DNA of 64,000 nucleotides from Callorhinchus milii (lineage: Eukaryota). Position 1 is the stretch's first letter, and each line of letters begins with the position of its first letter. Below are positions 37,871 through 51,022 of this stretch, piece after piece. The notes beneath the pieces are model-generated. The model searched no databases, was not told the origin of the DNA, and saw only the letters and a program-made list of their open reading frames with translations. The DNA is taken from assembly GCF_018977255.1 (NCBI RefSeq), contig NW_024704743.1:10232001-10296000 (forward strand), in the 5' to 3' direction. The position numbers and the translations under genes are program-made.

Positions 37871-40033
37871 AATTCTGATGATGAACCAGGTAGCAACAAC
37901 AATTGCATTTATATAGGAACCTTGACACGAGATCTATAGCAAGGTGGCTATGAGCTAGTGAGAAGTGGGGATAAAACGGGGGTGAGGTGGAAGGATTAAG
38001 GCAGGGAGGTTCAGAGATTAGGGGCTGGGTGTCTGAAGGCACAGCCACCAATAGTGTTGTGTAGAGGTCGGAGAATGCGCAGCAGGCCTGTGCGCTAGCT
38101 GAGCGAAGGGGATGCTGTACGGAAAGGGGGTTACATATCCTATGGTTGCTTTTAGGAGGGGAACGTAAAAACGGAGCAGAACAATGAAGGTAATACTAAA
38201 TCTTTGAAAGTCTGTTTGATTTTGAATGGCCACTGAGGGTGGGAAGGCATTCTTCACGTGACAGCGCCCTCAAAGCACCCTGGAATAAAATATTCAGCAA
38301 GAGTCGGTCCTTGGCGAGTCCAGTCATTCTAAATATTAACAGACTCATGCTTGCTTCAGGGATGATTTGAATTGGATTGTGTTGTTCAGGATAGATTTGG
38401 AATGGAAGCAATATGATTAGTAACTGGTTATTGTGGGTTTTAAACTTAGGTTTGTGGACCAAGCAGCGCTCCTCCTGTTGTGTCAAGGTTGGACTGGTTT
38501 TCACAATCTGAGTTTCCTCAAAGCATGCATTATAATTCCACCGTTAATTAAATGCCAAAAAAAATGGGAGAAGGAAAGGAGTGCTTTTGATCTAAATTAT
38601 TGAAATAATCTTCAGGAAGCTAAGAAACATAGATCTTCTGCTCGTAAGTCATGTCAGGCAGCCTGAGTGTCTGTCAAATTGAATTTGCTAGTAACCCCTT
38701 GATCCTTGTGTCATTACAAATTGGCTAGCAGATACACTGCCAAGGGTCACAGCATATCAATACAGTCAGCAGTCGAAAAGAATCAGCTGGTTTATCAAGT
38801 GGTACCATCAGTCTCTCCACATTCTGCTGTCATTCCCACAGAGACTGTGATACTATCCAGATGATGCCAAACGATGGCAGGAATTCAGCCCATTTTGGCT
38901 CTCAACATCGGTTCCATCGAGCGGCGTGATGCTAGACGAACAGCTTTTACACAGTTTAGTGACACCATTCAGCTCTGAGAGCATTTTATCATTTTTGATT
39001 TTCCTCACAAATACACTTTCCAAACTGCTGTATCCACCTGGCTGTTGCATTTAACTCACAAAATACACTTTACAATATATTCTGTTAAACGCTTTGAGAC
39101 GTCTCAATGGCGTATTAAGGTGCTATATCAAATGCAAGGATTATTATTTACAAGAAAACCTCTAAAAATAAAGAAGAATCTTTGATTTAAAAGATGCCTT
39201 TCTCGTTGGGAGGATGTTTCAAGGCGTACCACAGCATAAACTGTAACTTGTACAGAATGTGTAATTTGTTGGTGAATGCAGGGCCAAATGATCCACAAAC
39301 ATCCATGAAGCGATTGTTAGCTAGAACCCCTCGCCTTCCAGACCCAGCATTTTACATGGTTGAGATTAGGATTAAAACAAATACTTCTGTAAATTAATGT
39401 CATTGGTTGTGGAGGTCTCAGTTGTCCAGTTCCTGAGCTTGTCATGTCTGCAGTGTTTCACAACAGAATCCTAATGTGGAGCTTGATCTTGCAAACTTCT
39501 ACTTCAGAGACAAGAGTGCTATCAACTGAACCAAGGTGACATCTAGATATGGTTCACTTGGAGTTTTCAGCGACAGATCATTAGATTGATACCTTGTCTG
39601 ATTGACTTAGCAATTATGAGAGTCTGGGTAGACTGGAGTGATATTCTTTTGAGCAGAGGAGGTTAAAACATGAATCGATTGATATATTATTCCACTAATC
39701 AACAAGCTAGTAATAAAAATAAGGCTTGATGGAAGAGCGGAGGGGTCATAGTACTCCTTTGTAGGCAAACATGGTCCATCAGGACACACGCATGTTCCGC
39801 ATCTCATGACCCTTCCACTCCACCATCATTGATCTTACAGTGAAGCGCTTTGAGACGTCTCCATAAGATAAGAAGCTATATCAGATGTAAGGATTATTAA
39901 ATGATCGTGAGGCAATTTTTTCTGAAAGAATTCCTGCGATCTCAATTTACATCTTCAGCTTAATGATGTATTGGGTTTGTATGTGCTGATGTATGAGAAG
40001 AGATGTAACAGTATGAACTAAGGAGACAAATGT

Positions 40034-40367
40034 GGAGGCCTGTACCGTATTGGTTAGAGCACTTACCTTGCAAGCGATTCCTGGGCAGGGTGAAACCTCA
40101 GGCAAGTTTTCTTACTCCACACCTCTGTTTACCTAGCAGTAAGTAGGAACCCAGTTGTTAGTTGATTGGTGCATTGCTTTCCGGGGTTAATATTCCCTTT
40201 AAAATAAATAAATAAAATAATAATAATTTGATCATTCAACTGGCTGCCGCATTTCACCCACAAAATACATAGTCAATCCACTTTACATTATATTCTGTGA
40301 AGTGCTTTGAGATATCTCAATGATTTGATAAGACGTCAGATCAAATGCAAGGATGATTATTATTATT
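40034..40367 (+). mobile_element. SINE-A long form with deletions
   Basis: tggttagagcactt head, ctctgtttacctagcagtaagtaggaac middle, tail. Confidence 0.8.
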
Positions 40368-40739
40368 TTGTGGACAAACAGGGCACCCCCTTTGTGCACA
40401 ACAATGTTCCATAAATAGCTATGAAACAAATGACCAATTTTATTTGGGGGATTGTGGGGGAGAACACTGAGAGAAACTGCCTTTGTTCAGAACAAAAGAG
40501 CAACAGTTTACAATTATATTCCTAATAAATCCGAGAAGGTGTAGACATCAAAGAAAACAGTTTGAAAAATGGACAAAATGACTTCATTGGCAAATCTTGT
40601 ATCACCTCTGTAAACAAAAGAATGCCAGCAACTCACCACTTTAGTGTTTGCTTACATTAGCACTAAACTGGAACGCACCAATTTGGTCTCTTGTTTGGCG
40701 CAATTGCCCAGATTGTTCTCATATCCTTTTTTAATCTCC

Positions 40740-41142
40740 AAATTCTATGAGCAATTGACCACAAGACCGCAAGAATACTTAATCTACTTTTCATTCAGCC
40801 ATAGTTCTTCCAAAAAATTTAAGTCTGCAGCATTACTCATCACTTATTCACTCGCTCACACCCTAATTCGTCTACCCATCCTCTTCACTCGTCTCACTTA
40901 AGCTTTCTGTACGTCTCTAATCTCCACTATTGGCCACTGTGCCTTCAGCCACTATGCCCCAAACCTCTGGATCTCCATGCCTCAATCCCTCTGCCTTGCC
41001 CCCTCTTTATCCATTTTGGATCTGAAGACTTTCCTTTCCAACCATGGTCACCTCCCCCCTTCTCCCCAGCGTCAAACTACACTATTTTTAAGCACTCCCA
41101 GATGCTAACCCACTTGAAAGGTGCTGTATAAATCTATGTTAC
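40740..41142 (+). mobile_element. Old L2 3' fragment
   Basis: gccttcagccactatgccccaaacctctgg and aaggtgctgtataaat. Confidence 0.65.
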
Positions 41143-41182
41143 TGAATGAATAGATTCCATTTCACTGCTGAGGAACAAAAAA

Positions 41183-41520
41183 CAACTTTCATTTTATAGT
41201 GCCCTTCATACAGGGCTGAGTGCTTAAAAGTGCCAGATTTTGAGACCAAGCCAGGAGACAGAGAGGTGACTGTAGGCATGGTCGAAGAGGAAGGTCTTTA
41301 GTTTTGATCTGAAAACAGTCAAGGAGAGGGAAAGGCAGAGGGATAAACGCAGAGTTCCATAGTTTCAGGGAGTAGTGGCTGAATGCATGGGGATGAGGGG
41401 CATGCAGGAGGCTGGAGCAGGCTGAGCAAAAGAGGAGGTTTGACAAGTGTCAGCAGATTGGAAGGGTAGGGAGATGCCAAGGCATGAAATAATTTATATG
41501 CGAGTATAAGAATTTGAGGA
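41183..41520 (-). mobile_element. Old L2 3' fragment facing the previous one
   Basis: ILILAYKLFHALASPY and AFSHYSLKLWNS remnants. Confidence 0.7.
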
Positions 41521-42249
41521 AAAGCATATAATTCAGCGCAGGCTGAGGGGAACAATCTGCTGTAGAGTTAGTGCTCCAAGATGTTACCCAGCGTCAAGGG
41601 TGCTATTGTAAATGCAAGTTGTTGTAAAAATGGATGAGAATGCAGAAATGTCAAAATCCTTCTGGCTTATGTGTGCAATTAAGATTCATGAACTAGTGGA
41701 GAGTAAATAAGTCTTTGTCCAAACATTGGTTGTCTAAGGTAATAGAAGGCAGACCCTCCAATTTACAGATAATGCTTAGATTGATGTTCTATTCAACTGT
41801 GTGGCCCAAAAGGCAACAGAGAGATAAATAACTGGAACCAGTTTGAAACTGTTTTGCATTGTGACTAAATGCTCCTAAACAACCAGATGCAGGTGGTTCT
41901 GATTATATTTGTTTGTGGCTTCCTTGAGTTGCATCCTGTACAGTTGGATGTGATTAAGAAGTGATAATTAACTTTATTTCATCTCCTCAGGATTTCATTA
42001 ACTTGTAGTTTGGCTTCCCTCTTAAAGGGTGTGAATGGCCACATTAGGCTTCACTAGGAAGCAGGGCTGTTGTCTTGTGGTGAAATGGGGTTGGGCAAAA
42101 TGAAAGTATTTAGTTTATCCCAAACCAAAGAGGATTATCAGAATGGATTTAGAAATCTGAAGTTTACGAAGCTCCTGTTGAGCAGCACATTACCCACATC
42201 TGGATCAGATAACTCCTTCCCTTCAAGGATGCTAAACTCTTGCTTCTTT

Positions 42250-42536
42250 GATGTGCAGTGCTGGGGATGTGCTGTATCGTCAGAGATGCCGGACTTCGGA
42301 TGAGACATTAAAGTAAGGTCCAGTCTGCCTGTCTCGGTGGACATTAAAAATCCTATGGCACTATTCAAAGCTTTGAGACAACTTCCTGACTTGAAAGGCA
42401 CTTCATCAAATGTAAGGATTTCAGATAGCAATACAGAGTCACCACACTTCAGAGTAAAGCACTATGAAGCACTTTGAGATGTCTTGGCCATGCGATAAAA
42501 GGCTATATCAAATACAAGGTTTATTATATTATTATT
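42250..42536 (+). mobile_element. SINE-B fragments
   Basis: gatgagacattaaa, ggtggacattaaaaatcctatggcactatt and two tails. Confidence 0.65.
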
Positions 42537-42614
42537 ACATTATTGTTGGATTGTTGTTGCTTCCCACAACACAAAGCACTTCAAGATATTATTCTACATG
42601 ACGGGTGCTATACA

Positions 42615-42802
42615 TTAAAACTCGCATTTACACTAAAACTCGCAGTTTGTTCTGTATAAATTGTATAATCGCCTAAGTCGGAAATCTGTCCAAGTCCTGT
42701 TCAAGAGTTTATATCCTATGCAAGTTTGACATAACGCATACTTTGCAAAATCATATTAAATGTATGGTCCTAACTGATACGACTTATGTGAGGTTTACTG
42801 TA
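42615..42802. mobile_element. Possible Tigger/pogo-like DNA transposon remnant (one end)
   Basis: Ends acgacttatgtgaggtttactg-TA, the reverse of TA-cagtaaacctcacataagtcgt; left boundary uncertain. Confidence 0.4.
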
Positions 42803-43330
42803 TTGTACTGTACTGTACTGCAAGTTGTTCTTGAAAAGCAGCCAACTCCAAAGTTAGAATTAACACAACATATTTGTCAAACTCTTTCATTATCCAGCAT
42901 ATGGACTGAGGCTCCAGCTATTTTCAATGAGATAAGTATCTTTGCATTAACCACAAATACTTTACCAAACAGAAGTCTGGGCTTAAGTGGTAAAGTGGCA
43001 AGCAGGACAAATGTATCATATACCACAAAATAGGTTACTTTCTTACTCATTAATGGGTAGCAGAGCACTGGTTAGATAAACAAAGTGTTACAAAAAGAAG
43101 AAAAGGAATTTTAAGTTTTTGACCCAATGTACAAATAGAAACAGCACCAGGCTGATGATTGTGGGTGTATTTGTTTGGCTCAAAGCCTAAAACAACAAGA
43201 ACAAATTGCATTTATGCAGCAAGAGAAAGGGAGGTGATTATAGGCACAGTTGAAGAGGTGGGATTTAAAGATAGATTGAAAAAAGGGGTTGAGACAATAA
43301 CAACAAATTACAATCGTATAGCGCCTTTCA

Positions 43331-43454
43331 TTGTCCATCAGGGTTCAGTCTGTGGTTAATAATAATAATAATAATAATCATCCTTGCATTTCACACAGCG
43401 TGTTATCACGACTTCGAGTCTTCTCAAAGCGCTTCACAGATATATTGTAAAGTG
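43331..43454. repeat. Local direct duplicate of 43823-43947
   Basis: Non-SINE flank ttgtccatcagggttcagtctgtggtt plus SINE tail occurs at both places. Confidence 0.9.
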
Positions 43455-44039
43455 CAGGGCAGACAGTTTCATAGATAAGGGGTGAAGTAGCTGAAGGTCG
43501 GCCACAGTGAGGAGTTGGGGGATGTGCATCTGGTCCATGTTAACCGAGTGAAGATGGTGAGTAGAGGAGTGAGGTATGAGCAAGTCAGAGAGGTAGGGAG
43601 GTGCTATATCAACAAGTCCAGCTTCCTTTTCACATTTCAGAGTTTTCATGGCTAGTTTTAGCTCCTCAATCTTGAGCTGCTAATTTTGAACTTTACTGGC
43701 TCTGAGGAGTGAGTGAAGGAGAAGTGTGTCATTGTGCGCTGTGCCTTGTGAACTGGTTTTCCATTTAGGTTGAGTTGCTGTTCGACTTGCTTGAGAGAGA
43801 CTGTGGGAACATGCTTTGGTTGTTGTCCATCAGGGTTCAGTCTGTGGTTAATAATAATAATAATAATCATCATCCTTGCATTTCATATAGCGGGTTATCA
43901 TGTCTTCGAGACGACTCAAAGCGCTTCAAAGAATATACTGTAAAGCGAATTGATTGTATATTTTGTGGGCAAAACGCGGCAGCCAATTGCGCACAGCAGT
44001 GTCCCACAAACAGTCGTGGATTGAAGTGACCGAATTATT

Positions 44040-44712
44040 ATTATTTTTTAACTTAATTTATTTGATGAACTTTATTTGGGAGAATTTTTATCCAGGACAC
44101 TGGGAGAAATTCCCTTCTCTTTTTGAATAGTGCAATGGGATCTGTCCACCTGAATAGGCAGACAGGACCTCGGTTTAATGTGTCTCATCTGAAGGATGAC
44201 TGTCCAACAATGCAGCACTCCCCCAACACAGCACTGGAGCATCAGTGTAGAACATTCCAAGTCCTGACATGGGGCTTGAACCCACAACTTTTTCACTCAG
44301 AGGTGAGAATGCTATCAACTGAGCCAGGCAGACTTTGCAGTCAGAGAGGGGGGCATTCGGAGGGGTAGAATGAGAACATCCAAAGGGTGAGAGCATAGTT
44401 CCTGAAGGCATAGACATCGCTAGTGAGACAGAGGGGCTCTAGTTTGCTGTGTAAAGGGCGGTATGGGGTTGAGCAGAAAAGTGGGGTTGGAGAAGATCAC
44501 AGAGATAGAGATGAAGAGCATGAAGAGTGGGTCTAAATTCCTTCAATATTTCTATGTCTACAGCTAATATCCTGATGGGATAATGTATGTGAATGCATGT
44601 GAATGCATGAATAAGCATAGAAAACAATAATGCAAGGTACGACTAGGATGCAAGATGGGATATGGATGCGCTAGAACTTGCCAAGAGTAAAGCAGTGTGA
44701 AGCAGAAATAAA
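44040..44712. repeat. Local duplication copy 1 (SINE-B minus strand plus decayed L2-like flank)
   Basis: Colinear and highly similar to 47216-47885 across the SINE/flank junction. Confidence 0.92.
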
Positions 44713-45002
44713 CTACAGAGAATGTGTCTGACTGCCCAAAAGCACATCCCCAGAGAATGCACCGACCTGTACCTGGACCTTCAGAACAAACAAGCCAACC
44801 ATATAAGAGATATTCAGAACTCTTTGATTCTCATCCCTTTGGTGAAGAAACCATTAGGAAATGTGCCTAAGGTTTCGCCCCAATGGATGGTGGCCCATGC
44901 TTTTTTGTTATTATAGCACAGATTTGTTGTTTCAATCAGCTCCCTCCAGCAGTTGCGCCGCTCCTTTCCGATCTCTCTCATCAGCATTTCCCCGAACCTA
45001 AT

Positions 45003-45640
45003 AACCCACTCCCCCCGTGCTCTCCCTAAAGCCCTGCAAACTTGTCCTCCCCAAATAATTATTTACATCTCTCTTGAAAGCTGTTATCGATTCAGCTTCC
45101 ACCACCCTTTGTATCTGGATTTGCATTCTAGCGTTCACCTACAAATACACATTCAGCATACTTTACACTATATCCTCTGAAGTGCTTTGAGACAGCCTCC
45201 TGATGTGAAAGACACTGTTACTGGAATGCATTCCATTTGGATCTGAATGGATCTGCATTCCAGATCCAAACAACTCACTGTGTAAAAAAAGTTCTCTTCA
45301 CCTCCCCCGTGTCTTTTAACAACTATTTTAAATTGGTGTCCTCAGGTTACTGACCCACCCGCCAGTGGAAATAGTTTCTTCTTGTTCACCCTATCGAGTT
45401 CCCTCATAATTTTGAAAACTTTTATTAAGTCTCCTCTTAACCTTCTCTGCTCCAAGGAGAATAATCCTAGCTTTTCTAATCTCTCCTGATAACTGAAGTC
45501 CCTCATTCCTGGTATCATCCTGCTAAATCTCCTTTGCACACTCTTCAATGCCTTGACATCCTTCCTGAAGTGTGGTGCCCAAAATTGAACACAGTACTCT
45601 AGCTGAGGCCTAACCAGTGTTTTATAAAGGTTCATCATAA
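45003..45640 (-). mobile_element. CR1 3' fragment
   Basis: LYKTLVRPQLEYCVQFWAP and LEQRRLRGDLIKVFKIM; interrupted at 45111-45253. Confidence 0.9.
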
Positions 45641-45644
45641 GAAG

Positions 45645-46420
45645 TTTGTGGGTTCAAGCCCCACTGATCAGGACTTTGAATGCACATCATCTAGGCTGAC
45701 ACTCCATTATAGTGCTGGGAGTGCATTTCATTGTTGGAGTTGCTGTCCTTCAGAAGAAACTTTGAACCGAGATCCTATTTGCCTGGTCACATGGATGTTA
45801 AAACTCCCATGGCAATGCTTGGTGGGGGGGAGAGAGGAAGTGGGGGAGAGAAGAGAGTCTCTCCCGGCGTCCTGGAAAACAATCCTTCAGATAAAATTGG
45901 TCATTCACTTCAAGGCTGTTTGTGGGATGTTCATGTGAGCAAATTGGCTGCTGCGTTCACCTACAAATATACATTCAGCATACTTTACAGTGAAGTGCTT
46001 TGAGACTACAACAACAACAAAATTACATTTATACAGCGCCTTTCACGTCGGGAGGACGTCCCAAAGTGCTGAACAGTCAGATGTCGGGGCTCGAACATGG
46101 GGGAGGGGTGGTGTAGGGGTGAGGGAAGGCAGAGAGGTGGGAGGGAGACCAAAGGCACGGTCGAAGAGAAGGGTCTTGAGACCGGCCTTGAAGGAGGCAA
46201 GGGAGGAAGCGAGGCGAAGGGACCATGGGATGGAGTTCCAGAGTGCGGGGGCAGAGAGGCTGAAAGCCCGGCCACCATGGTAGGGCGGGTCGGGCGGGAG
46301 GCATGGAGCAGGCCCGGAGCCCGATGAACGAAGGGAGTGGGCAGGTTGGTAGGTAACAGTGTATTTCACATCAGACACCCTCCTGATGTGAAAGATGCTG
46401 TTACAAATTATTGTTATTAT
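45645..46420 (+). mobile_element. SINE-B split by an L2 insertion
   Basis: gtgggttcaagcccca head, body, tail broken after ttgagac and resuming at accctcctgatgtgaaag. Confidence 0.8.
46007..46356 (-). mobile_element. L2 3' fragment nested in a SINE-B tail
   Basis: [40 protein letters not shown]; (CAA)n tail; possible TSD AGAC at 46003-46006 and 46373-46376. Confidence 0.9.
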
Positions 46421-47215
46421 TTTTTACACCTACACACTTTACCCTCCTCCCTTCAGCTATTTCAGTGGAAACATTTTCCTTTCTTTCTCTAATCAAAGGA
46501 ACTAATCACACCTCAGATTTTCTAGCACTGACGTAATCCCTTCCTCTGTCATTCCTTTTATTCCCTTCCTCAATAGAGAGTGACAATGAAACATGATTAA
46601 GCACATCAACAGCTGTACTGCTATGGGGGCTTTTCAAAATACTGCTAATTGCACCGGAAACCTGCTTGCACAAGTCAAGGGGACGTCCTCACATCAGTTC
46701 TCATTGTTTGGATTAATTTCTCTTCTGAACATTTGTCTCAACGTATGCCATAACAAACTCAGGCTCCCAAAAGATCTCCAGCTGGGAAACCAGTGTAGGT
46801 GACAATATACCCGCAGCATGACACAGTAATAACTTGCATCCATATAGAGCCTTTTACTTGAGAAAATAAACAGCCAGAACACGCACTTATATCACGATAT
46901 TCACTTTGTATAATATCTCAAGGACACTACTGTATACAAGGGAAGTGGAAGAAGGGAGCGGTGACCATAGAAATGAACAATAAGATAGTTTTTTAGGAAT
47001 ATTATTATTAATGAATACAAGAATTATTTGATATAGTGCCTTATCACATTGTCAGAATGTTTCAAAGTGTTTCACAGCATATACTTTAAAGTGCTGTGAC
47101 TGCATATTTTGTGGGCGAACGTGATAGCCAATTTGAACACAGCAATGTCCCACTTTGGCGAAACGAGGCTGCCAATTACGCAAAGCAGCATCCCACAAAC
47201 AGTTGTGGACTGATT

Positions 47216-47885
47216 ATTATTTTTTAATTTAATTTATTTGATGAACATTATTTGGGAGAATTTTTATCCAGGACACTGGGAGAAATTCCCTTCTCTTTTT
47301 GAATAGTACCATGGGATCTGTAACATCCACCTGAACAGGTAGACAGGACCTCGGTTTAATGTGTCTCATCTGATGGATGACCGTCCAACAATGCAGCACT
47401 CCCCCAACCCAGCACTGAAGCATCAGCATAGAACATTCCAAGTCCTGACATGGGGCTTGAACCCACAACTTTTTCACTCAGAGGTGAGAATGCTATCAAC
47501 TGAGCCAGGCAGACTTTACAGTCAGAGAGGGGGGCATTCGGAGGGGTAGAATGAGAACATCTAAAGGGTGAGAGCATAGTTCCTGAAGGCATAGACAACG
47601 CTAGTGAGACAGAGGGGCTCTAGTTTGCTGTGTAAAGGGCGGTATGGGGTTTGAGCAGAATGTGGGGTTGGAGAAGATCACAGAGATAGAGATGAAGAGC
47701 ATGAAGAGTGGCGACCAAATTTCTTTAATATTTCTATGTCTACAGCTAATATCCTGATGGGATAATGTATGTGAATGCATGAATAAGCATAGAAAACAAT
47801 AATGCAAGGTACGACTAGGATGCAAGATGGGATATGGACGTGCTAGAACTTGCCTAGAGGAACATAGCATGAAGCAACAATAAAC
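47216..47885. repeat. Local duplication copy 2
   Basis: Direct repeat of 44040-44712; the ORF track gives near-identical translations for both copies. Confidence 0.92.
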
Positions 47886-47956
47886 AAGGCAAATGGGCGG
47901 TGAGCTATATTGCTAAAGCAGTTGAGTTCAGATATGCAAGTCATACTCAGGCTATT

Positions 47957-48309
47957 GGAATCCTGTAGCTCAGTGGTCAGAGTACTCGGCTCGCAAGTGA
48001 ATAACCTGAGTTTGATTCCCGGCAGGGCCGATTGTTGGGCAAGTTTTGTCATTCCACATGCCTCTGCTTACTTCGCAGTAAACAGGAACCTGGTTGTTAG
48101 TTGTTTGGCCGATCGCTTTTGCAGGGGTAATAATTTCTTCAAAAAAAATTACAATAATGAATTGGTCACTTCAATCCATGACTGTTTGTGGGACACTGCT
48201 GCGTACAATTGGCTACCACGTTTTGCCCACAAAATATACAGCCAGTTCACTTTACAGTATATTCTGATAATTGATAAGGCACTATATCAAATGCAAGGAT
48301 TATTATTAT
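47957..48309 (+). mobile_element. SINE-A long form, full length
   Basis: ggaatcctgtagctcagtggtcagag head, long middle, (ATT)n tail. Confidence 0.88.
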
Positions 48310-48646
48310 ATATAGTGCTCTGGTTAGGCCACGCTTAGAGTACTGCATGGAATTCAAATAGTTCATGGCTGCTGACATTGAGAATGGTGTTGGGGGTGGA
48401 GGGGAAACACTGCTTCCTGCACATCTGGGCAATTCGCATTCCAAATGTTTGTGCCTGTTTGCCAGTCCTCTCTTAGGTGCTAAATATCCAATGACAGTAT
48501 GGGAAAACAGAAGGGAGCTTCTCCTAGGGTGCTGTTTAACAGTGCCCTCAATAAAATTAGTCAATCACTTTGTGACTGTCTGAAGGATATTGCTGGTGTT
48601 AACAAATGCAGTGTCGGTTTGCATGCCTCTCTACAGGCTTTCTGTC

Positions 48647-48744
<98 letters not shown>
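48647..48744. repeat. (TCTG)n microsatellite, about 24 perfect units
   Basis: Directly visible. Confidence 0.98.
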
Positions 48745-48764
48745 AAATCCATTCATAGAGGAAT

Positions 48765-49048
48765 CTCTGACTAGGGTATATAGATTTAAGAAGTGCAAAA
48801 ATAGAGCTTAGTAGAAATGTTTTCACACAGAGAGTTGTTGGAGCATGGAATGCTATGCTGAGTAAGATGGTAGAGAGCATTGTGTATTTCAAGAGGGAAA
48901 TAGACAGATAGAAAGATAGAGGTTTCAAGGGGCATGGGGATTCGGCAGGGTAGAGGATTGATGATGCAGTTTGCTCTGAGAACTGGTGCAGACTCGATGG
49001 GCTGAATGCCCTCCTTCTGCATTGTACATGCCTATGACTCTATGATTC
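48765..49048 (+). mobile_element. CR1 3' end fragment
   Basis: ttcacacagagagttgttggagcatggaat, gatgggctgaatgccctccttctg and ctatgactctatgattc tail. Confidence 0.8.
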
Positions 49049-49347
49049 AATGAAATTGGTTTCTCAGATTTTCTTAAATTCAGTTTTAATCTGGAAATTC
49101 ATTCTTTTTATTAAGGGAAGCAAACCAACTTTCAGAGTAAGATTCAATTCAAATAAATTCCACAATTTTGCGCCGCTTAAAATTCTAAGACAAAGATGTC
49201 ATACAGCCCAAGACTAAAATAAGAACAAAAATAACAATGTATATAGCTCTCCTTCTACATGCAGAAGAGCATCTCAGAGCCTGAAGTTTAGGCGACATTT
49301 CAAGAGTCGATCCTCTCCCTCCTGACACATGACGGATGTTTTGGATT

Positions 49348-49670
49348 ATAATAATAATAATAATAATCCTTGCATTTGATATGGCGCTTTTCACGTCTTC
49401 TAGACGTCTCAAAGCACTTCACAGAATATGCTGTAAAGTGAATTGACTGTATATTTGTGGGCGAAACGCGGCAGCCAATTGCGCACAGCAGTGTCCCACA
49501 AACAGTCGTGGATTGAAAATGACCAATTTTTTATTGTTTTGGTTTTGTTTTGGAGGGATTATTAGGCGCGTGGAGTAAGGAAATTTGCCCAAGGTTTTGC
49601 CTTGCCTGCAATTGAACCCAGGTATCTCGCTTGCAAGGCAAATGCTTTAACCACTGAACTACAGGACTCC
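49348..49670 (-). mobile_element. SINE-A short form, full length
   Basis: (AAT)n tail, short middle, head ending actacaggactcc. Confidence 0.9.
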
Positions 49671-50789
49671 TTTCCTACTATCTCAGCCACCAGATGCTCT
49701 GCAAACTCTGTAAAGAAAGCAAATTCTCAATTGTGTAAACTTTGTGAAATATGTTTTGAAAAATAAAAATCTCAAGCATGCAACAAAATCATTGACAGCC
49801 CCATAGCTTAATGTAGTTACTAATTCAGTTCTTCAACAGTATTAGCTGAGGTTTTTCACTGCTGGCTAACATGTAGTTATCCCCCCCACCCAGACTTGCT
49901 CTGTTTGATGGCTTGCCCCTGATTTATTTTCTGACCTTGATCACACTGATCCTATGTCCACCCCTTCCCCAAGCCTCGAATGCCCCCTCTCTCTATTAAC
50001 ACCCAGAATAACAGTTCTGGTGCACTGATCACGGCTTGGCTTGGGATCGCTGGGCCAGTATTAGTTTCTGGCACCAGTCTCGCTGCTGATTTCAGCTGTT
50101 CTCTTGCGCTGCTATTTCAAAACCAGCTGTCATGCAACTAGGATTGTCGGCATTGACAGGAAACACAGCAGACTAGGCATCTTTTTTTCCACTGGAAGTG
50201 CTCAGAGTATGCAGCTATAATGAGAGGTTTATGCTACGTATTCAGCACTACACAAACTTGCCCATTCTTCAAGATCTCATCAACAGGATTTTCTCACTCT
50301 CTGTGTCTCTCCATCTCCCTCTGTCTCTGTTCTTTCTCATGCTGTGCAAAATTACACAGTTTTCATTCTGTATCTTCTCCCCATGACCCAGTGGAGCATG
50401 GCTGCATCTTAACACTCTCCACTGCAGAACAACAAAACACTTTACAGTACACTTACCCTTATAATTCTCAAGTACAATAAGTTGAAAAGAGCTTTACTGT
50501 GAAATTAAGATACAGAACTGCCTGTTCAATGCCATATTGTATGCACGGAAGATATTTGTGTAAAACATTTAATCAGAATCACAGAACACTTTGAAGATAT
50601 TAGCTGCTGAATGTAAAGTGATGCAAATTGTATTTCTGATTATATAGGTGGTAAAACAGCAAGATTTTTTCAATAAATAATTCAAATAAAGAATTAATTG
50701 ATTTGTTTTTGTTTAGCCCCCTGTTTTCTTTCCTCTTTTCCTGGATAACTGTGTCAAAGATCTCTATTACCTTGCAAACATTCTTCACA

Positions 50790-51022
50790 TCATAATAAGA
50801 ATAATGAGAACATCTCAAAGTACTTCACATGATTTATTGTAAAGTGTAGTGACTCTCTATTTTACAGAGGCAGCCGATTCCTCACAACAATGTCCTACAA
50901 ACAGCCATGAAGTAAACGCCCAATTTTATTTGGGGGATTGTTGGCCAGGGCACTGGGAGGATGGACTTGAAACCACAACCCTCTGACTCAGAGGTGAGAA
51001 GCCTACCAAATGAACCAGGCTG
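50790..51022 (-). mobile_element. SINE-B with internal deletion
   Basis: aatgtcctacaaacagcc body joined to ctgactcagaggtgaga...ccaggctga head. Confidence 0.7.

Noticed and set aside
38851..39054. About 65-codon open frames on both strands
   Set aside because: No recognisable domain; length compatible with chance.
48499..48811. CLSV and TDRQ repeat ORFs
   Set aside because: Translations of the (TCTG)n microsatellite.
49185..49412. Recurring peptides such as MRRLEDVKSAISNARIIII as a gene family
   Set aside because: Chance translation of SINE tails and (ATT)n.
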